DNA of 64,000 nt from Deltaproteobacteria bacterium SG8_13 (GCA_001303025.1 LJNK01000008.1:663-64662), one strand, 5' to 3'. Positions 8,889-18,719 are shown, counted from the first letter of the stretch. A program made the numbers and translations. The notes: a model not told the origin generated them from the sequence alone.

Positions 8889-9759
8889 TGACGATCTCCA
8901 GCATGGTCCGCTCCAGCTGCTGTCTGTCCAACTGTTGCTCCGGCATGCAGTTTCTGCCTTCGATGACGCTGCATGCCGGCTGTCTTTCTCCGCCCCTGAG
9001 CACAACGATCTTGTCGCACAGCTTTGAGACCTCGACGACATTGTGAGAAATATACAGAAAATGCCGCTGCGGGTAAAGCGCCTTGACCTTCAGTATAATC
9101 GTCTCACGGGTCATCTCGTCTACGTTCGCCAGGCTTTCATCCATGACCAGTAGATGGAAATCCTGCAGGAGGTAGCGCAGCAGGTTCACGCGGTTTTGCT
9201 GGCCGAGCGAAAGCTGCGAAAAGCGCTGGTTCATGAGATCCTCCAGCCCGAAGGTGCGCTCGAGCTGCTTTCTGCGCTCACGCAGGGATTGCGGAGTGAT
9301 TTTGTCCAGATGATTGCCTACACTCGACCAGCCCGGAAGCCGCTCAAGGTTGTAAGTATAAAGGAATCGATCGAGGCCTTGGCCGGCGATTCGGCCTTCA
9401 TATCCGCCTAGATCTGCGGTTATGATTTTGGCAAGAGACGTTTTGCCAACCCCGGAAGGTCCGAACAGCGCGTGAAAACCGGGTTGGCTGAGCTGGAAAG
9501 TGAGATTCTTGAACACATAATGGACGGACCCCGGATATTTCAGGGTGAGGTTGGTAACTTCCAGCACGCTTTGCGCGCGGTTTTCGGCCGCGTCAATCAG
9601 CTCTGGTCCCGATCCTGTCCCCGATGCAACGTCTTTGCTGTGGTCGTTCATACCGGTGGTCGACTGATTCCTGAATTGTAAAGCAAAATCCAGGATATTC
9701 TCTACCATGTCACTGCTGTCCGATATCCATTTCTTATCGGGTTTTCCCCGCAGGGTCAA
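8875..9759 (-). CDS. ABC transporter ATP-binding protein
   Basis: Walker A GPSGVGKTS, signature LSLGQQNRV and Walker B LLVMDESLANVD are all present. The start is uncertain, because internal Met codons at about 9708 and about 9651 are alternatives. Confidence 0.85.
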   Translation of the reverse strand: MTLRGKPDKKWISDSSDMVENILDFALQFRNQSTTGMNDHSKDVASGTGSGPELIDAAENRAQSVLEVTNLTLKYPGSVHYVFKNLTFQLSQPGFHALFGPSGVGKTSLAKIITADLGGYEGRIAGQGLDRFLYTYNLERLPGWSSVGNHLDKITPQSLRERRKQLERTFGLEDLMNQRFSQLSLGQQNRVNLLRYLLQDFHLLVMDESLANVDEMTRETIILKVKALYPQRHFLYISHNVVEVSKLCDKIVVLRGGERQPACSVIEGRNCMPEQQLDRQQLERTMLEIVNASS

Positions 9760-9806
9760 TGGTTTCCGCTCCGCTATGACGGCTGCCGCAGCCCAGTTCG
9801 TTTGTT

Positions 9807-10973
9807 TCAGGCAAAGGCCGATATGCCGGTGATGTCCTGGCCCAGCACCAGCGTGTGCATATTACCGGTTCCCTCCAGGGCACTGATCGCCTCCAGGTCG
9901 CACAAGTGACGGATCACCTGTTGGTCGGCGAGAATCCCCCGTCCGCCGAGAATATCCCGGGCCACTCTGGCCACTTTCATTGCTGCCGCAACGTTGTTTA
10001 GCTTTGCCATCGATATTTGCTGCGGACGCGCCCGGTGTTCGTCCATCAGCCGGCCGAGCCGGAAGGTCAGCAGCTGTGCTTTGGTGATCTCCGTGAGCAT
10101 ATCGGCCAATTGCTTCTGCACCAGTTGGTAGGCGGCAATCGGCTTGTCGAATACCTTTCTTTGCATTGCAAAGGACCGGGCAGCTTGAAAACAGGCGACG
10201 GCAGAGCCCACCGCACCGCAAGCGACCCCGTAGCGGGCATTGTTCAAACATAAAAACACCGATTTGAGCCCTGCGGTGCCCGGCAGAAGGCTGTCCGCAT
10301 CGACTGTGCAGTTTCGAAGGGAAATGCGGGCGGTCGGGGAGGTTCGGTAAGAGAATTTGTGGCGGATGGGGACCGCCTCAAATCCTTTCGACCGGGTGTC
10401 TACCAAAAACCCCCTTACCTGCCCTTCCAACTTTGCCCAAATGATCGCCACCTCGGCAATGGTGCCGTTGGTAATCCACATTTTGGAGCCGTTGAGAACA
10501 TACCGATCTCCTTTTTTTTCTGCCCGGGTTTCCATTCCGCCGGGGTTCGATCCATAGCCGGGCTCTGACAGGCCGAAACATCCAATCACCTCCCCGCGCG
10601 CCATTGGCGGCAGCCACTTTTCTTTCTGCTCCTCTGAACCGAAATGGTAGATCGGATACATCGCCAGGGAGTTCTGAACCGAAAAAAGTGCCCGCAAACC
10701 ACTGTCACAACGGCCCAACTCTTGACAGATGAGGCCATATGCGGTTTCTCCGCGCTGCTTGCAGCCGTAACCGTTCACGTGTATTCCGAAAAGCCCCATC
10801 TTGGCCATGCGCGGTATCAGCTGCATGGGGAAGGTTGCCTTGTCGAAGTGATCGGCGATGATCGACAGGCAGTGGCGCTCTACGAATATTCGGACCGCAT
10901 CCCGAATGTCACGCTCCTCAGCGGTCAACAGCTCGTCGAGCAGATAATAGTCAACATGACCGCTTTTTTCCAT
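9807..10973 (-). CDS. gcdH: Glutaryl-CoA dehydrogenase
   Basis: The protein is collinear with GCDH family members (GCFGLSEPGYGSNPGGMETRA, CLNNARYG, QLVQKQLADMLTEITKAQ, LEGTGNMHTLVLGQDITGISAF). The likely start is MEKSGH at 10973. The upstream extension to 11078 is not conserved-looking. Confidence 0.85.
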   Translation of the reverse strand: MEKSGHVDYYLLDELLTAEERDIRDAVRIFVERHCLSIIADHFDKATFPMQLIPRMAKMGLFGIHVNGYGCKQRGETAYGLICQELGRCDSGLRALFSVQNSLAMYPIYHFGSEEQKEKWLPPMARGEVIGCFGLSEPGYGSNPGGMETRAEKKGDRYVLNGSKMWITNGTIAEVAIIWAKLEGQVRGFLVDTRSKGFEAVPIRHKFSYRTSPTARISLRNCTVDADSLLPGTAGLKSVFLCLNNARYGVACGAVGSAVACFQAARSFAMQRKVFDKPIAAYQLVQKQLADMLTEITKAQLLTFRLGRLMDEHRARPQQISMAKLNNVAAAMKVARVARDILGGRGILADQQVIRHLCDLEAISALEGTGNMHTLVLGQDITGISAFA

Positions 10974-11112
10974 GCAACACCTCCCTGTAAGGTTGTCTGG
11001 GCCCGGCATCCGTTTTCCCGTATAACCCCGACGGGCTCGAACAAAAACCGGTCCAGGCGAGAAAGTTATTGATTGCATTGCGGTAGAGGTCTAAAATACT
11101 AGCGTTACCCCT

Positions 11113-12513
11113 ATGGTACCCGAATCGACCCATAGCCAGCAATACGACGTGATCATCGTCGGCGGCGGACCGGCGGGACTGTTTGCGGCCTATCATCTCA
11201 GTGAGCACTCCGACTGCCGCATCCTGTTGATCGAAAAAGGCAAAGGCCCGTTAAAGCGCTGCTGCCCGATGAACAGCACCCACCAGTGCGTCCAATGCCG
11301 CCCGTGCAACATCTTGTCCGGAATCGGCGGCGCCGGACTCTTCTCGGACGGAAAGCTCAATTACATCCACAAGCTGGGGAAAACCGACTTGACCCAGTTC
11401 TTGCCGGAATCCGAAGCCCGGGCCTTGATAGAGGAAACCGAAACGATCTTCAACCGCTTCGGCATGGACGGCCCGGTGTATCCGTCTTCCATGGACGCTG
11501 CCAGACAGATCCGCAAAAAAGCCAAGATGCACGGGATTGACCTGTTGATCATCCGCCAGAAACACCTCGGCAGCGACACATTGCCCAGCCACATTTCCGC
11601 AATGAGCGATCACATCCGATCCCGCAACGTGGTAATGCACACCTCGGAAGAAGTGCGCGATGTAGTCGTGAAAAGCGGCAGGGTGTGCGGTGTGATCACC
11701 AACCGCAAACACTACGAGGCCGGCAACGTCATCCTGGCGCCGGGCCGCGCCGGCGCCAACTGGGTCGGTGGTCTGGCACAAAAATATGGAATCGGCCTCA
11801 GCCAGCGCGGCATTGAAGTCGGCGTACGGGTTGAAGTGCACAACGACATCATGCAGGATATCTGCGATATCATCTACGATCCAACGTTTTTCATACAAAC
11901 CGGCAAATACGACGATTTGACTCGCACTTTTTGTACCAACAAGGGCGGATTCGTCACCCAGGAGAATTACAGCGGTTTTGTCTGCGTCAACGGCCATGCC
12001 TACCGCAACCGGAAATCGGACAACACCAATTTCGCCTTTTTGTCCAAGGTGGTTCTCACGGAACCGGTAACCGACAACCAGGCCTACGGCGAATCGATCG
12101 GCAACCTGGCATCGCTGATCGGCGGCGGAAAGCCGATTCTGCAGCGTTTCGGGGACTTGAAACGCGGCCGACGCAGCACCTGGCACCGGGTTCAGAAGGG
12201 CTATATCCAGCCGAGCCTCACCGACGTAGTATGCGGGGATATTGCCATGGCGCTGCCCGAAAGGATCCTGACCAACATCATCGAAGGACTGGATAAACTC
12301 AACAACGTCATCCCCGGCGTTGCCAATGACGAAACCCTCCTGTACGCGCCGGAAATCAAGTTTTTCGCCACCCAGGTCGAAACCGGCGACCATTTAGAAA
12401 CCGCAGTCAAGGGCATGTACGTTGCCGGCGATGGCCCGGGAGTTGCCGGAAACATCGTTTCGGCCAGCGCCACCGGCCTGATTCCCGCCAAGGCGATCCT
12501 CGCCCAACGATAG
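11113..12513 (+). CDS. FAD-dependent oxidoreductase (COG2509-like)
   Basis: The N-terminal dinucleotide fold is YDVIIVGGGPAGLFAAYHL. The C-terminal YVAGDGPGVAGNIVSA fits, and the protein is 466 aa. Confidence 0.75.
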   Translation: MVPESTHSQQYDVIIVGGGPAGLFAAYHLSEHSDCRILLIEKGKGPLKRCCPMNSTHQCVQCRPCNILSGIGGAGLFSDGKLNYIHKLGKTDLTQFLPESEARALIEETETIFNRFGMDGPVYPSSMDAARQIRKKAKMHGIDLLIIRQKHLGSDTLPSHISAMSDHIRSRNVVMHTSEEVRDVVVKSGRVCGVITNRKHYEAGNVILAPGRAGANWVGGLAQKYGIGLSQRGIEVGVRVEVHNDIMQDICDIIYDPTFFIQTGKYDDLTRTFCTNKGGFVTQENYSGFVCVNGHAYRNRKSDNTNFAFLSKVVLTEPVTDNQAYGESIGNLASLIGGGKPILQRFGDLKRGRRSTWHRVQKGYIQPSLTDVVCGDIAMALPERILTNIIEGLDKLNNVIPGVANDETLLYAPEIKFFATQVETGDHLETAVKGMYVAGDGPGVAGNIVSASATGLIPAKAILAQR

Positions 12514-12519
12514 GCGCGT

Positions 12520-14055
12520 TTAGGCAATCGCCTGGCCGCGATCCAACGTGCGGTACTGGACGGCTTCCGAAACGTGTTCAACTTCGATTTCCCGCCTGGT
12601 ATCCAAATCGGCGATGGTGCGGGAGATTTTCAGGATGCGGTTGTGAGCACGGGCGGAAAGTCCCAACCGGTCAATGGCAGTTTCCAGCAGCGCGTGGGCC
12701 GCAGAATCGATTCGACAGTGTTGGCGGACGTGGCGGTTTTTCATCTGCGCATTTGCGTGGATCCGAGAGCGTTTGAACCGGTTGGCCTGAACCCTGCGGG
12801 CTGCATGGACGCGGGCCTTGATCTTCCCTGAGGATTCGTTGGGGCTTTCGGCTGCCAGGTCCTTGTAAGGTACGGCCGGCACCTCCACATGAATGTCGAT
12901 CCGATCCATCAGCGGTCCGGATATTTTCGATCGGTACCGCTGGATCTGTGGCCAGCTGCAGCGGCATTCGTGTTTGGAATCTGCATAATACCCGCACGGG
13001 CAGGGATTCATCGCCCCCACCAGCATAAAACTGGCGGGATAGGTGATGGTGGACGCCGCCCGCGAAATGGTGACGCTCTGATCTTCCAGCGGCTGGCGCA
13101 GCGCCTCCAGCACGTGCTTTTTGAATTCCAGCAGCTCATCCAAAAACAAAACGCCGTTGTGTGCCAGACTCACCTCTCCCGGCCGCGGAATGTGACCCCC
13201 TCCGATCAGACCCGCATCGGAAATGGTATGGTGCGGATTTCTAAACGGGCGGGCGGTAATCAACGGCTGTCGTCTGTCCACCAAGCCGGCCACACTGAAT
13301 ACCTTGGTGGTTTCGATCGCTTCCTCGAACGAGATGGACGGCAGAACGGTCGGCAATCGCCTTGCCAGCATGGTTTTGCCAGCACCCGGCGGGCCGACCA
13401 TTAGCAGGTTGTGCCCGCCGGCAGCCGCCACCTCCAGTGCCCGCTTGACATGCTCCTGCCCCATCACTTCAGAAAAATCGACCGGATACCCGCCGTTTGA
13501 GTCAAAGAGCTTCTTGCCGTCGGTTCGGGCCGGTAAAAGTTCCACCCTGCCCCGCAAAAACTCCACCAGTTGCGACAGGTTTTTCACCGGATATGCCTCG
13601 ATTCCTTCGACAAAGGCAACCTCGCGTGCGTTTTCAGCCGGAACAAAAACGCCGCTGTAGCCTGCAGCTCTGGCTGCAAGGGCCATGGGCAGGGTTCCGT
13701 GGACAGGCTTGACCCGTCCATCCAGTGAAAGCTCACCCATGCACAAATGCGCAGACAGTCTTTCACGGGCAAAGATGCCGGTGGCCGCCAGTATCCCCAA
13801 CGCGATCGGCAAATCGAAAGCCGTTCCCTCTTTCTTTATATCCGCCGGGGCCAGGTTTACCGTTATGCGATCGGCAGGAAACGGGTAGCCGCTGTTGCCG
13901 ATGGCGGACTTGACCCGTTCTTTGCTTTCTTTGACGGTGGTTTCCGGCAGTCCCACGATGGTAAAGGCAGGCAGCCCCTGAATGATGTCGACTTCGACCT
14001 CAACCAGGCATCCGTCGATACCGATGACAGCGCTGCTGAGTACTCTGGCGAGCAC
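12520..14055 (-). CDS. comM: YifB/ComM-family Mg-chelatase-like AAA+ ATPase
   Basis: MLARVLSSAVIGIDGCLVEVEVDI is a Lon-like N-domain. Walker A is LMVGPPGAGKTMLA, followed by GVLFLDELLEF and a C-terminal ChlI-like region. The GTG start has a GGGAGA Shine-Dalgarno 6 nt upstream. Confidence 0.9.
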   Translation of the reverse strand: MLARVLSSAVIGIDGCLVEVEVDIIQGLPAFTIVGLPETTVKESKERVKSAIGNSGYPFPADRITVNLAPADIKKEGTAFDLPIALGILAATGIFARERLSAHLCMGELSLDGRVKPVHGTLPMALAARAAGYSGVFVPAENAREVAFVEGIEAYPVKNLSQLVEFLRGRVELLPARTDGKKLFDSNGGYPVDFSEVMGQEHVKRALEVAAAGGHNLLMVGPPGAGKTMLARRLPTVLPSISFEEAIETTKVFSVAGLVDRRQPLITARPFRNPHHTISDAGLIGGGHIPRPGEVSLAHNGVLFLDELLEFKKHVLEALRQPLEDQSVTISRAASTITYPASFMLVGAMNPCPCGYYADSKHECRCSWPQIQRYRSKISGPLMDRIDIHVEVPAVPYKDLAAESPNESSGKIKARVHAARRVQANRFKRSRIHANAQMKNRHVRQHCRIDSAAHALLETAIDRLGLSARAHNRILKISRTIADLDTRREIEVEHVSEAVQYRTLDRGQAIA

Positions 14056-14330
14056 GGTTTGTCTCCCGGGCTTGACACCCTTAGCTGTCGACTTATTCTA
14101 GGCCTTAAAACGAAAACGGGTTCATCGGGGCCGATCACGACTAGTCGATCATAACCTACTGGTTATAATAGGAAACCAAACAGATGACTATCGGTTATAC
14201 CAGATCATCGACCCCCGAACAATCGGTTTTTCGCGCACTGGCCAAAATCGGGAAGCCGGTGCAACCTATTGAATTTTGCTTGTCTTTTTTGACGATTTAT
14301 GAAAAATTCGGGCGAGCGGTCCTGCCGATC

Positions 14331-14360
14331 TTGACAGCGGACCCACATGCCGGGCATACT
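14331..14360 (+). promoter_or_regulatory. Candidate sigma-70 promoter of lpxC
   Basis: TTGACA (14331-14336), an 18-nt spacer, then CATACT (14355-14360). It lies about 55 nt upstream of the lpxC ATG. Confidence 0.35.
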
Positions 14361-14416
14361 GGAGGGCGGGCAGGCAAAAGCGGTGCGGCTCGTCAACCGC
14401 GTGAGGATTGTTGCAT

Positions 14417-15322
14417 ATGCATTTTGAACAAAGAACCGTCAAAAAACCGGTGCGCTGTGCAGGCGTCGGTCTGCATTCCGGCAAAAAAGTGCGCATGACC
14501 ATTTTGCCGGCACCGGTCAATCATGGGATCAAGTTCAGAAGGGTTGACCTGCCCGGCACCCCGGACGTAACGGCGCAATTCAATCGGGTGGTTGACACCA
14601 GCCTGGCGACGGTTATCGGCAGCGATGGCTGCATCGTCTCTACTATCGAACATCTGATGGCAACCTTTGCCGGTCTTTCCATCGATAACGCACTTGTGGA
14701 ACTGGATGCCTATGAGGTGCCGGTGATGGACGGCAGTGCGGGCCCCTTTACCCGGATGATCGTCGAAGCGGGAATTCAAAACCAGGAAGTTGCCCGGCAC
14801 TATTTCGTGCTTCGAGACAAGATCGAGTTGAGAGAAGGCGAAAAATCGGTAACCGTCCATCCTGCCGATTCGTTTCGGATCACCTGCAGCATTGAATTCA
14901 AAAACCCGCTTATCGGCAAACAGGACTTTGATCTTGATGTGACCGACGAAGCCTTCGCTTCTGAAATCAGCAATGCCAGAACGTTCGGATTTCTGCACGA
15001 AGTGGAATATCTCAAACGCTACGGATTGGCTCAGGGCGGATCATTAGACAATGCGGTCGTCATCGACAAAGACCAGATCGTCAACCAGGACGGCCTGCGC
15101 TATCCGGACGAATTTGTTCGACATAAGGTGCTGGATTGTCTTGGTGATTTTTCGCTTCTCGGCATGCCGATCCTCGGCCATCTGATCGTTTCCCGATCCG
15201 GCCACCAATTCAATCACGCTTTCCTTGAAAGATTCTTCTCCCAGAAAGCCTTGTGGGAGACCCGCGCCGTACCCCGTCAGAACGGGCTTTCCCTCGACTC
15301 GCCAAAAAGCGTTGCAAATTAA
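14417..15322 (+). CDS. lpxC: UDP-3-O-acyl-N-acetylglucosamine deacetylase
   Basis: The N-terminus MHFEQRTVKKPVRCAGVGLHSGKKV.. matches, as do HLMATFAGLSIDNALVELD, FVRHKVLDCLGD and GHQFNH. Confidence 0.92.
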   Translation: MHFEQRTVKKPVRCAGVGLHSGKKVRMTILPAPVNHGIKFRRVDLPGTPDVTAQFNRVVDTSLATVIGSDGCIVSTIEHLMATFAGLSIDNALVELDAYEVPVMDGSAGPFTRMIVEAGIQNQEVARHYFVLRDKIELREGEKSVTVHPADSFRITCSIEFKNPLIGKQDFDLDVTDEAFASEISNARTFGFLHEVEYLKRYGLAQGGSLDNAVVIDKDQIVNQDGLRYPDEFVRHKVLDCLGDFSLLGMPILGHLIVSRSGHQFNHAFLERFFSQKALWETRAVPRQNGLSLDSPKSVAN

Positions 15323-15413
15323 ATAACTTGACGATATATTTAGAGATTAGTGCGGTAAACGCCACTGCAATGAGTGCCTGGCCCAACCAGACCATCACGA
15401 ACTGATTCACCAC

Positions 15414-15983
15414 ATGTCTTCTATATCGAAACGGAAATGGCTCGCCGTCTTTCTCGGCGTGTTTCTTTTGCTCGAGGCCGTCGTCTTCGCCCAGGACGCC
15501 AGGCTGACCCGCATCACCGTTTCCAACACCCGCGACAACCTGCTGTTGTATTTGAAGCTGCAAGGCGCCTTTACCGAAAAGATGCAGGAAGCCATCCTCA
15601 GTGGCGTACCGGCAACGTTCTCTTATTACGTGTCTTTGCATCGTGTGCGCAGTTTGTGGTTCGACAAGGAGCTCGCCGACCTGAAGATCACCAATTCGAT
15701 CCGCTACGACAATCTGAAGAAAGAGTTTACCGTTACCCGCCCCTGGAAAGGCGAGCAGCCGATCCTGACGCAGTCTTTTCAGGAGGCCCAGCGGTACATG
15801 ACGGAAATCGACGGACTGATAGTCTATCCGCTTGAGGGGCTGAACAAAGGCGGACAATATCAAATCCGGACCATGGCCGAAATGAGCAAGACGACCCTGC
15901 CGTGGAAAATGCACTACGTCCTTTTCTTCGTCTCCCTTTGGGATTTTGAAACGGACTGGTATACCATCGATTTCATTTTTTAA
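15414..15983 (+). CDS. DUF4390 domain protein (secreted)
   Basis: It has a signal peptide, then RITVSNTRDNLLLYLKLQGAFTEKMQEAILSGVPATFSYYVSL. It sits directly upstream of an NtrY-like kinase, the usual context for this family. Confidence 0.7.
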   Translation: MSSISKRKWLAVFLGVFLLLEAVVFAQDARLTRITVSNTRDNLLLYLKLQGAFTEKMQEAILSGVPATFSYYVSLHRVRSLWFDKELADLKITNSIRYDNLKKEFTVTRPWKGEQPILTQSFQEAQRYMTEIDGLIVYPLEGLNKGGQYQIRTMAEMSKTTLPWKMHYVLFFVSLWDFETDWYTIDFIF

Positions 15984-16043
15984 ATATTTATCGGCGACAA
16001 CCCGGCGGTCGCTCGGTCGCCCGAATGGTCTCAGGACCTTCAG

Positions 16044-18278
16044 ATGAACAAAGACCAATCCCGCAACTCACCCTCCAGCGCTGCTGCAAAGGACGCTGCG
16101 CGGCGTAAACGAGAAGGCGTGCTGATCATCGTCATCACGCTGGTCGTCGCCCTTCTGACCTTTGCCGAATTCCGGATCATCCATTTCGGGACTGAAATCC
16201 CGGTCTCCAACACGATATTGATGTTCATCCTGATCAACATCAACCTGCTGCTGCTCATTTTGCTCATTTTTCTGGTCTTCCGGAACCTGGTCAAACTCCT
16301 TTACGAAAGAAAACGCCGGGTAATGGGGGCCAAACTGCGCACACGGCTGGTCGTGGCCTTTATTGCCCTTACCCTGTTGCCAACGATCGTGCTGTTTTTC
16401 TTTTCGATCAGTTTCATCACCACCAGTATCGACTTCTGGTTCAACGTACCGGTGGAAGCGGCACTGGAGAATTCCCTGACGGTCGGCAGAAGCATTTACC
16501 GTCGCCTGGGAGAAAACCATCAGTTCTATCTGGAGCGAACAAGCTATCAGATCATAAAGAAGAACCTGATGGATCCGAAAAACCTCAACGACCTTTCGCG
16601 ATATATCCGGGTCGTTCAACGGGAGTTCAACCTCGATGCGGTGGAAGTTTACGACATCAATGCCCGGCGCATGACCTTTGCCGTTTCCGAGCAGCTGAAC
16701 AATCGACCACTGGATGTGGTTTCCGCCGATAAACTGATGCAGGACATTGTGCCCGATAGCGTGTGGGCCGAATCGATATTCGTCAGCAAGGGCGAGCTGG
16801 TTCGCACCATCGGCACGGTCCCATTCGGCGCGGACCGAAACCAGCTAGAGGGATTTGTGGTGCTGTCGAACATCCTTGCTCCGGATTTGTCGCAAAACAT
16901 GAAATCGATTTCTCGCGGGTTCGAGGAGTACCAGCAAATCAAGCTGCTGAAAAAACCGATCCAGACGACCTATTACATCGTATTGTCGATCGTGGCCCTG
17001 CTGGTGTTGTTTTGTGCCATCTGGTTCGGCTTCTACCTGGCGCGCTCGATCAGCATCCCCATAAAGGAGCTGGCGGAAGGCACCCGGCGGGTGGCAGAAG
17101 GTGAGCTGAGCTTTACCATCGACCCGGTGGCCGATGATGAGATCGGCAGTCTGGTGGAGTCTTTCAACAAAATGACGCGAGATCTGCGGGTCAGCCGAGA
17201 ACAGCTGGAACTGTCGGCGTTGATGCTGCAGCAGCAAAATGTCGAGATCGAAGAAAAACGTCAGTACATGGAAGTCGTTCTCAAAAACGTCTCAGCAGGC
17301 GTAATCACCCTGGACGCACAGGGCATCGTGACCACGATCAACAAATCGGCCGAAAAAATGCTCGACCTGTCAGCGGACGATATCCTCAATCAGGGCTACG
17401 AAAAACTGCTGTCCGGAAAATATGACCACCTGGCCAGGGAAATCATAGAGGATCTGTCATCGTCACGAAACGACGCGATTCAGCTGCCGCTGCGTCTGAC
17501 CATCAGCGGCCGGCCGAGAAGTTTTCTGGTCCACGTCAACGCTTTAAGCGACGATGCCGGAAACCACATCGGTATCGTCATGGTCTTCGACGATTTGACG
17601 GAGATGGAAAAAGCACAGCGCATGGTTGCCTGGCGTGAAGTCGCTCGCCGAATTGCTCACGAAGTCAAAAACCCGCTGACCCCCATTACCTTGTCGGCGC
17701 AGCGTTTGAAGCGCAAATTCGGCAAGCAGACCGCCGACCCGATCTTCGAAGAGTGTATCCATCTGATCATCGACCAGGTGGAGCTGATCCGCAACCTGGT
17801 CAATGAATTTTCCGCCTTCGCCAAATTCCCGACGGCAGATCCCAAGCCCTGCCGCCTGCCGTCCATCATCAAGGAAACCGTGGCCCTCTACAAGGACGGG
17901 CACCCAACCATTGAATTCAGCAATCGCATATCGGATGGAATTCCGGTTCTCAACCTCGATCGACAACAGATCAAGCAGGCCATGATCAATCTGATCGACA
18001 ATGCCATCGCCGCCATCAAGGATGACGGACGAATCGAGATCAGGGTTACCCACGATTCCATTCTCAAGCGGGTACGAATCGAGGTGGCCGACAACGGTTC
18101 CGGGGTTTCGGACGAGGACAAAACGCGCCTGTTCGAACCGAACTTTTCCACCAAGAAGGCCGGCATGGGGCTGGGCCTGACAATTGTAAGTACCATCATC
18201 GGCGATCATGGAGGCGTTATCAGCGTACGTGACAATCGCCCGCGCGGTGCCCGGTTTGTCATCGAACTGCCCGTTTGA
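16044..18278 (+). CDS. ntrY: NtrY-like sensor histidine kinase (multi-TM, HAMP, PAS, HisKA, HATPase_c)
   Basis: N-terminal TM helices are followed by a HAMP region (SIPIKELAEGTRRVAEGELSF) and a PAS region. The H-box is IAHEVKNPLTPI, with an N-box NLIDNAIAA and G-boxes DNGSGV..GMGLGL. Confidence 0.85.
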   Translation: MNKDQSRNSPSSAAAKDAARRKREGVLIIVITLVVALLTFAEFRIIHFGTEIPVSNTILMFILININLLLLILLIFLVFRNLVKLLYERKRRVMGAKLRTRLVVAFIALTLLPTIVLFFFSISFITTSIDFWFNVPVEAALENSLTVGRSIYRRLGENHQFYLERTSYQIIKKNLMDPKNLNDLSRYIRVVQREFNLDAVEVYDINARRMTFAVSEQLNNRPLDVVSADKLMQDIVPDSVWAESIFVSKGELVRTIGTVPFGADRNQLEGFVVLSNILAPDLSQNMKSISRGFEEYQQIKLLKKPIQTTYYIVLSIVALLVLFCAIWFGFYLARSISIPIKELAEGTRRVAEGELSFTIDPVADDEIGSLVESFNKMTRDLRVSREQLELSALMLQQQNVEIEEKRQYMEVVLKNVSAGVITLDAQGIVTTINKSAEKMLDLSADDILNQGYEKLLSGKYDHLAREIIEDLSSSRNDAIQLPLRLTISGRPRSFLVHVNALSDDAGNHIGIVMVFDDLTEMEKAQRMVAWREVARRIAHEVKNPLTPITLSAQRLKRKFGKQTADPIFEECIHLIIDQVELIRNLVNEFSAFAKFPTADPKPCRLPSIIKETVALYKDGHPTIEFSNRISDGIPVLNLDRQQIKQAMINLIDNAIAAIKDDGRIEIRVTHDSILKRVRIEVADNGSGVSDEDKTRLFEPNFSTKKAGMGLGLTIVSTIIGDHGGVISVRDNRPRGARFVIELPV

Positions 18279-18398
18279 CGGGTGACAAACACGGTCAGCT
18301 CATCTCCAATGCCGGCGCAGGCGCCGAGGCAGCGGGAGCAAGCTGGATATGGGGGCACCGGGAAGCGCCGAATCAATCAGGTCACCAGGAGGACAGCA

Positions 18399-18662
18399 AT
18401 GAACGATAAATGGGAAAAAGATCTTGCCTGCGCGGAAACCTGCTCCCGCTGCAGCCGCATATTCGACCGGAAAGAGCAGCGGATCATGTCGGTTTATACG
18501 CACTCGCCGATATGCATGCAATGCAAACAGGAGGAAGAAAATCGTCCGGACTACGCAGATGTATCAAAGGAAATGATCGCCCAGTGCCTGCAGGAGACAG
18601 ATCGACCCTATGGGAATGCCGGCGGCTATTGTTTCCACCACTTCTGCCCGTTCAAGTGCTGA
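18399..18662 (+). CDS. Cysteine-rich small protein (87 aa, 9 Cys), function unknown
   Basis: An AGGAGG Shine-Dalgarno lies 6 nt before the ATG at 18399. The sequence is MNDKWEKDLACAETCSRCS..SPICMQCKQ..AQCLQ..GGYCFHHFCPFKC. The upstream part of ORF 18282..18662 is low-complexity. Confidence 0.6.
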   Translation: MNDKWEKDLACAETCSRCSRIFDRKEQRIMSVYTHSPICMQCKQEEENRPDYADVSKEMIAQCLQETDRPYGNAGGYCFHHFCPFKC

Positions 18663-18690
18663 TGGCCTGATCGAAATCAGCGCCCGTCAA

Positions 18691-18719
18691 TTGACATCGC
18701 TCCGGCAGCATGTTAATTT
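18691..18719 (+). promoter_or_regulatory. Candidate sigma-70 promoter ahead of the ntrX-like gene
   Basis: TTGACA (18691-18696), a 17-nt spacer, then TAATTT (18714-18719). It lies about 110 nt upstream of the ATG at 18830. Confidence 0.35.
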
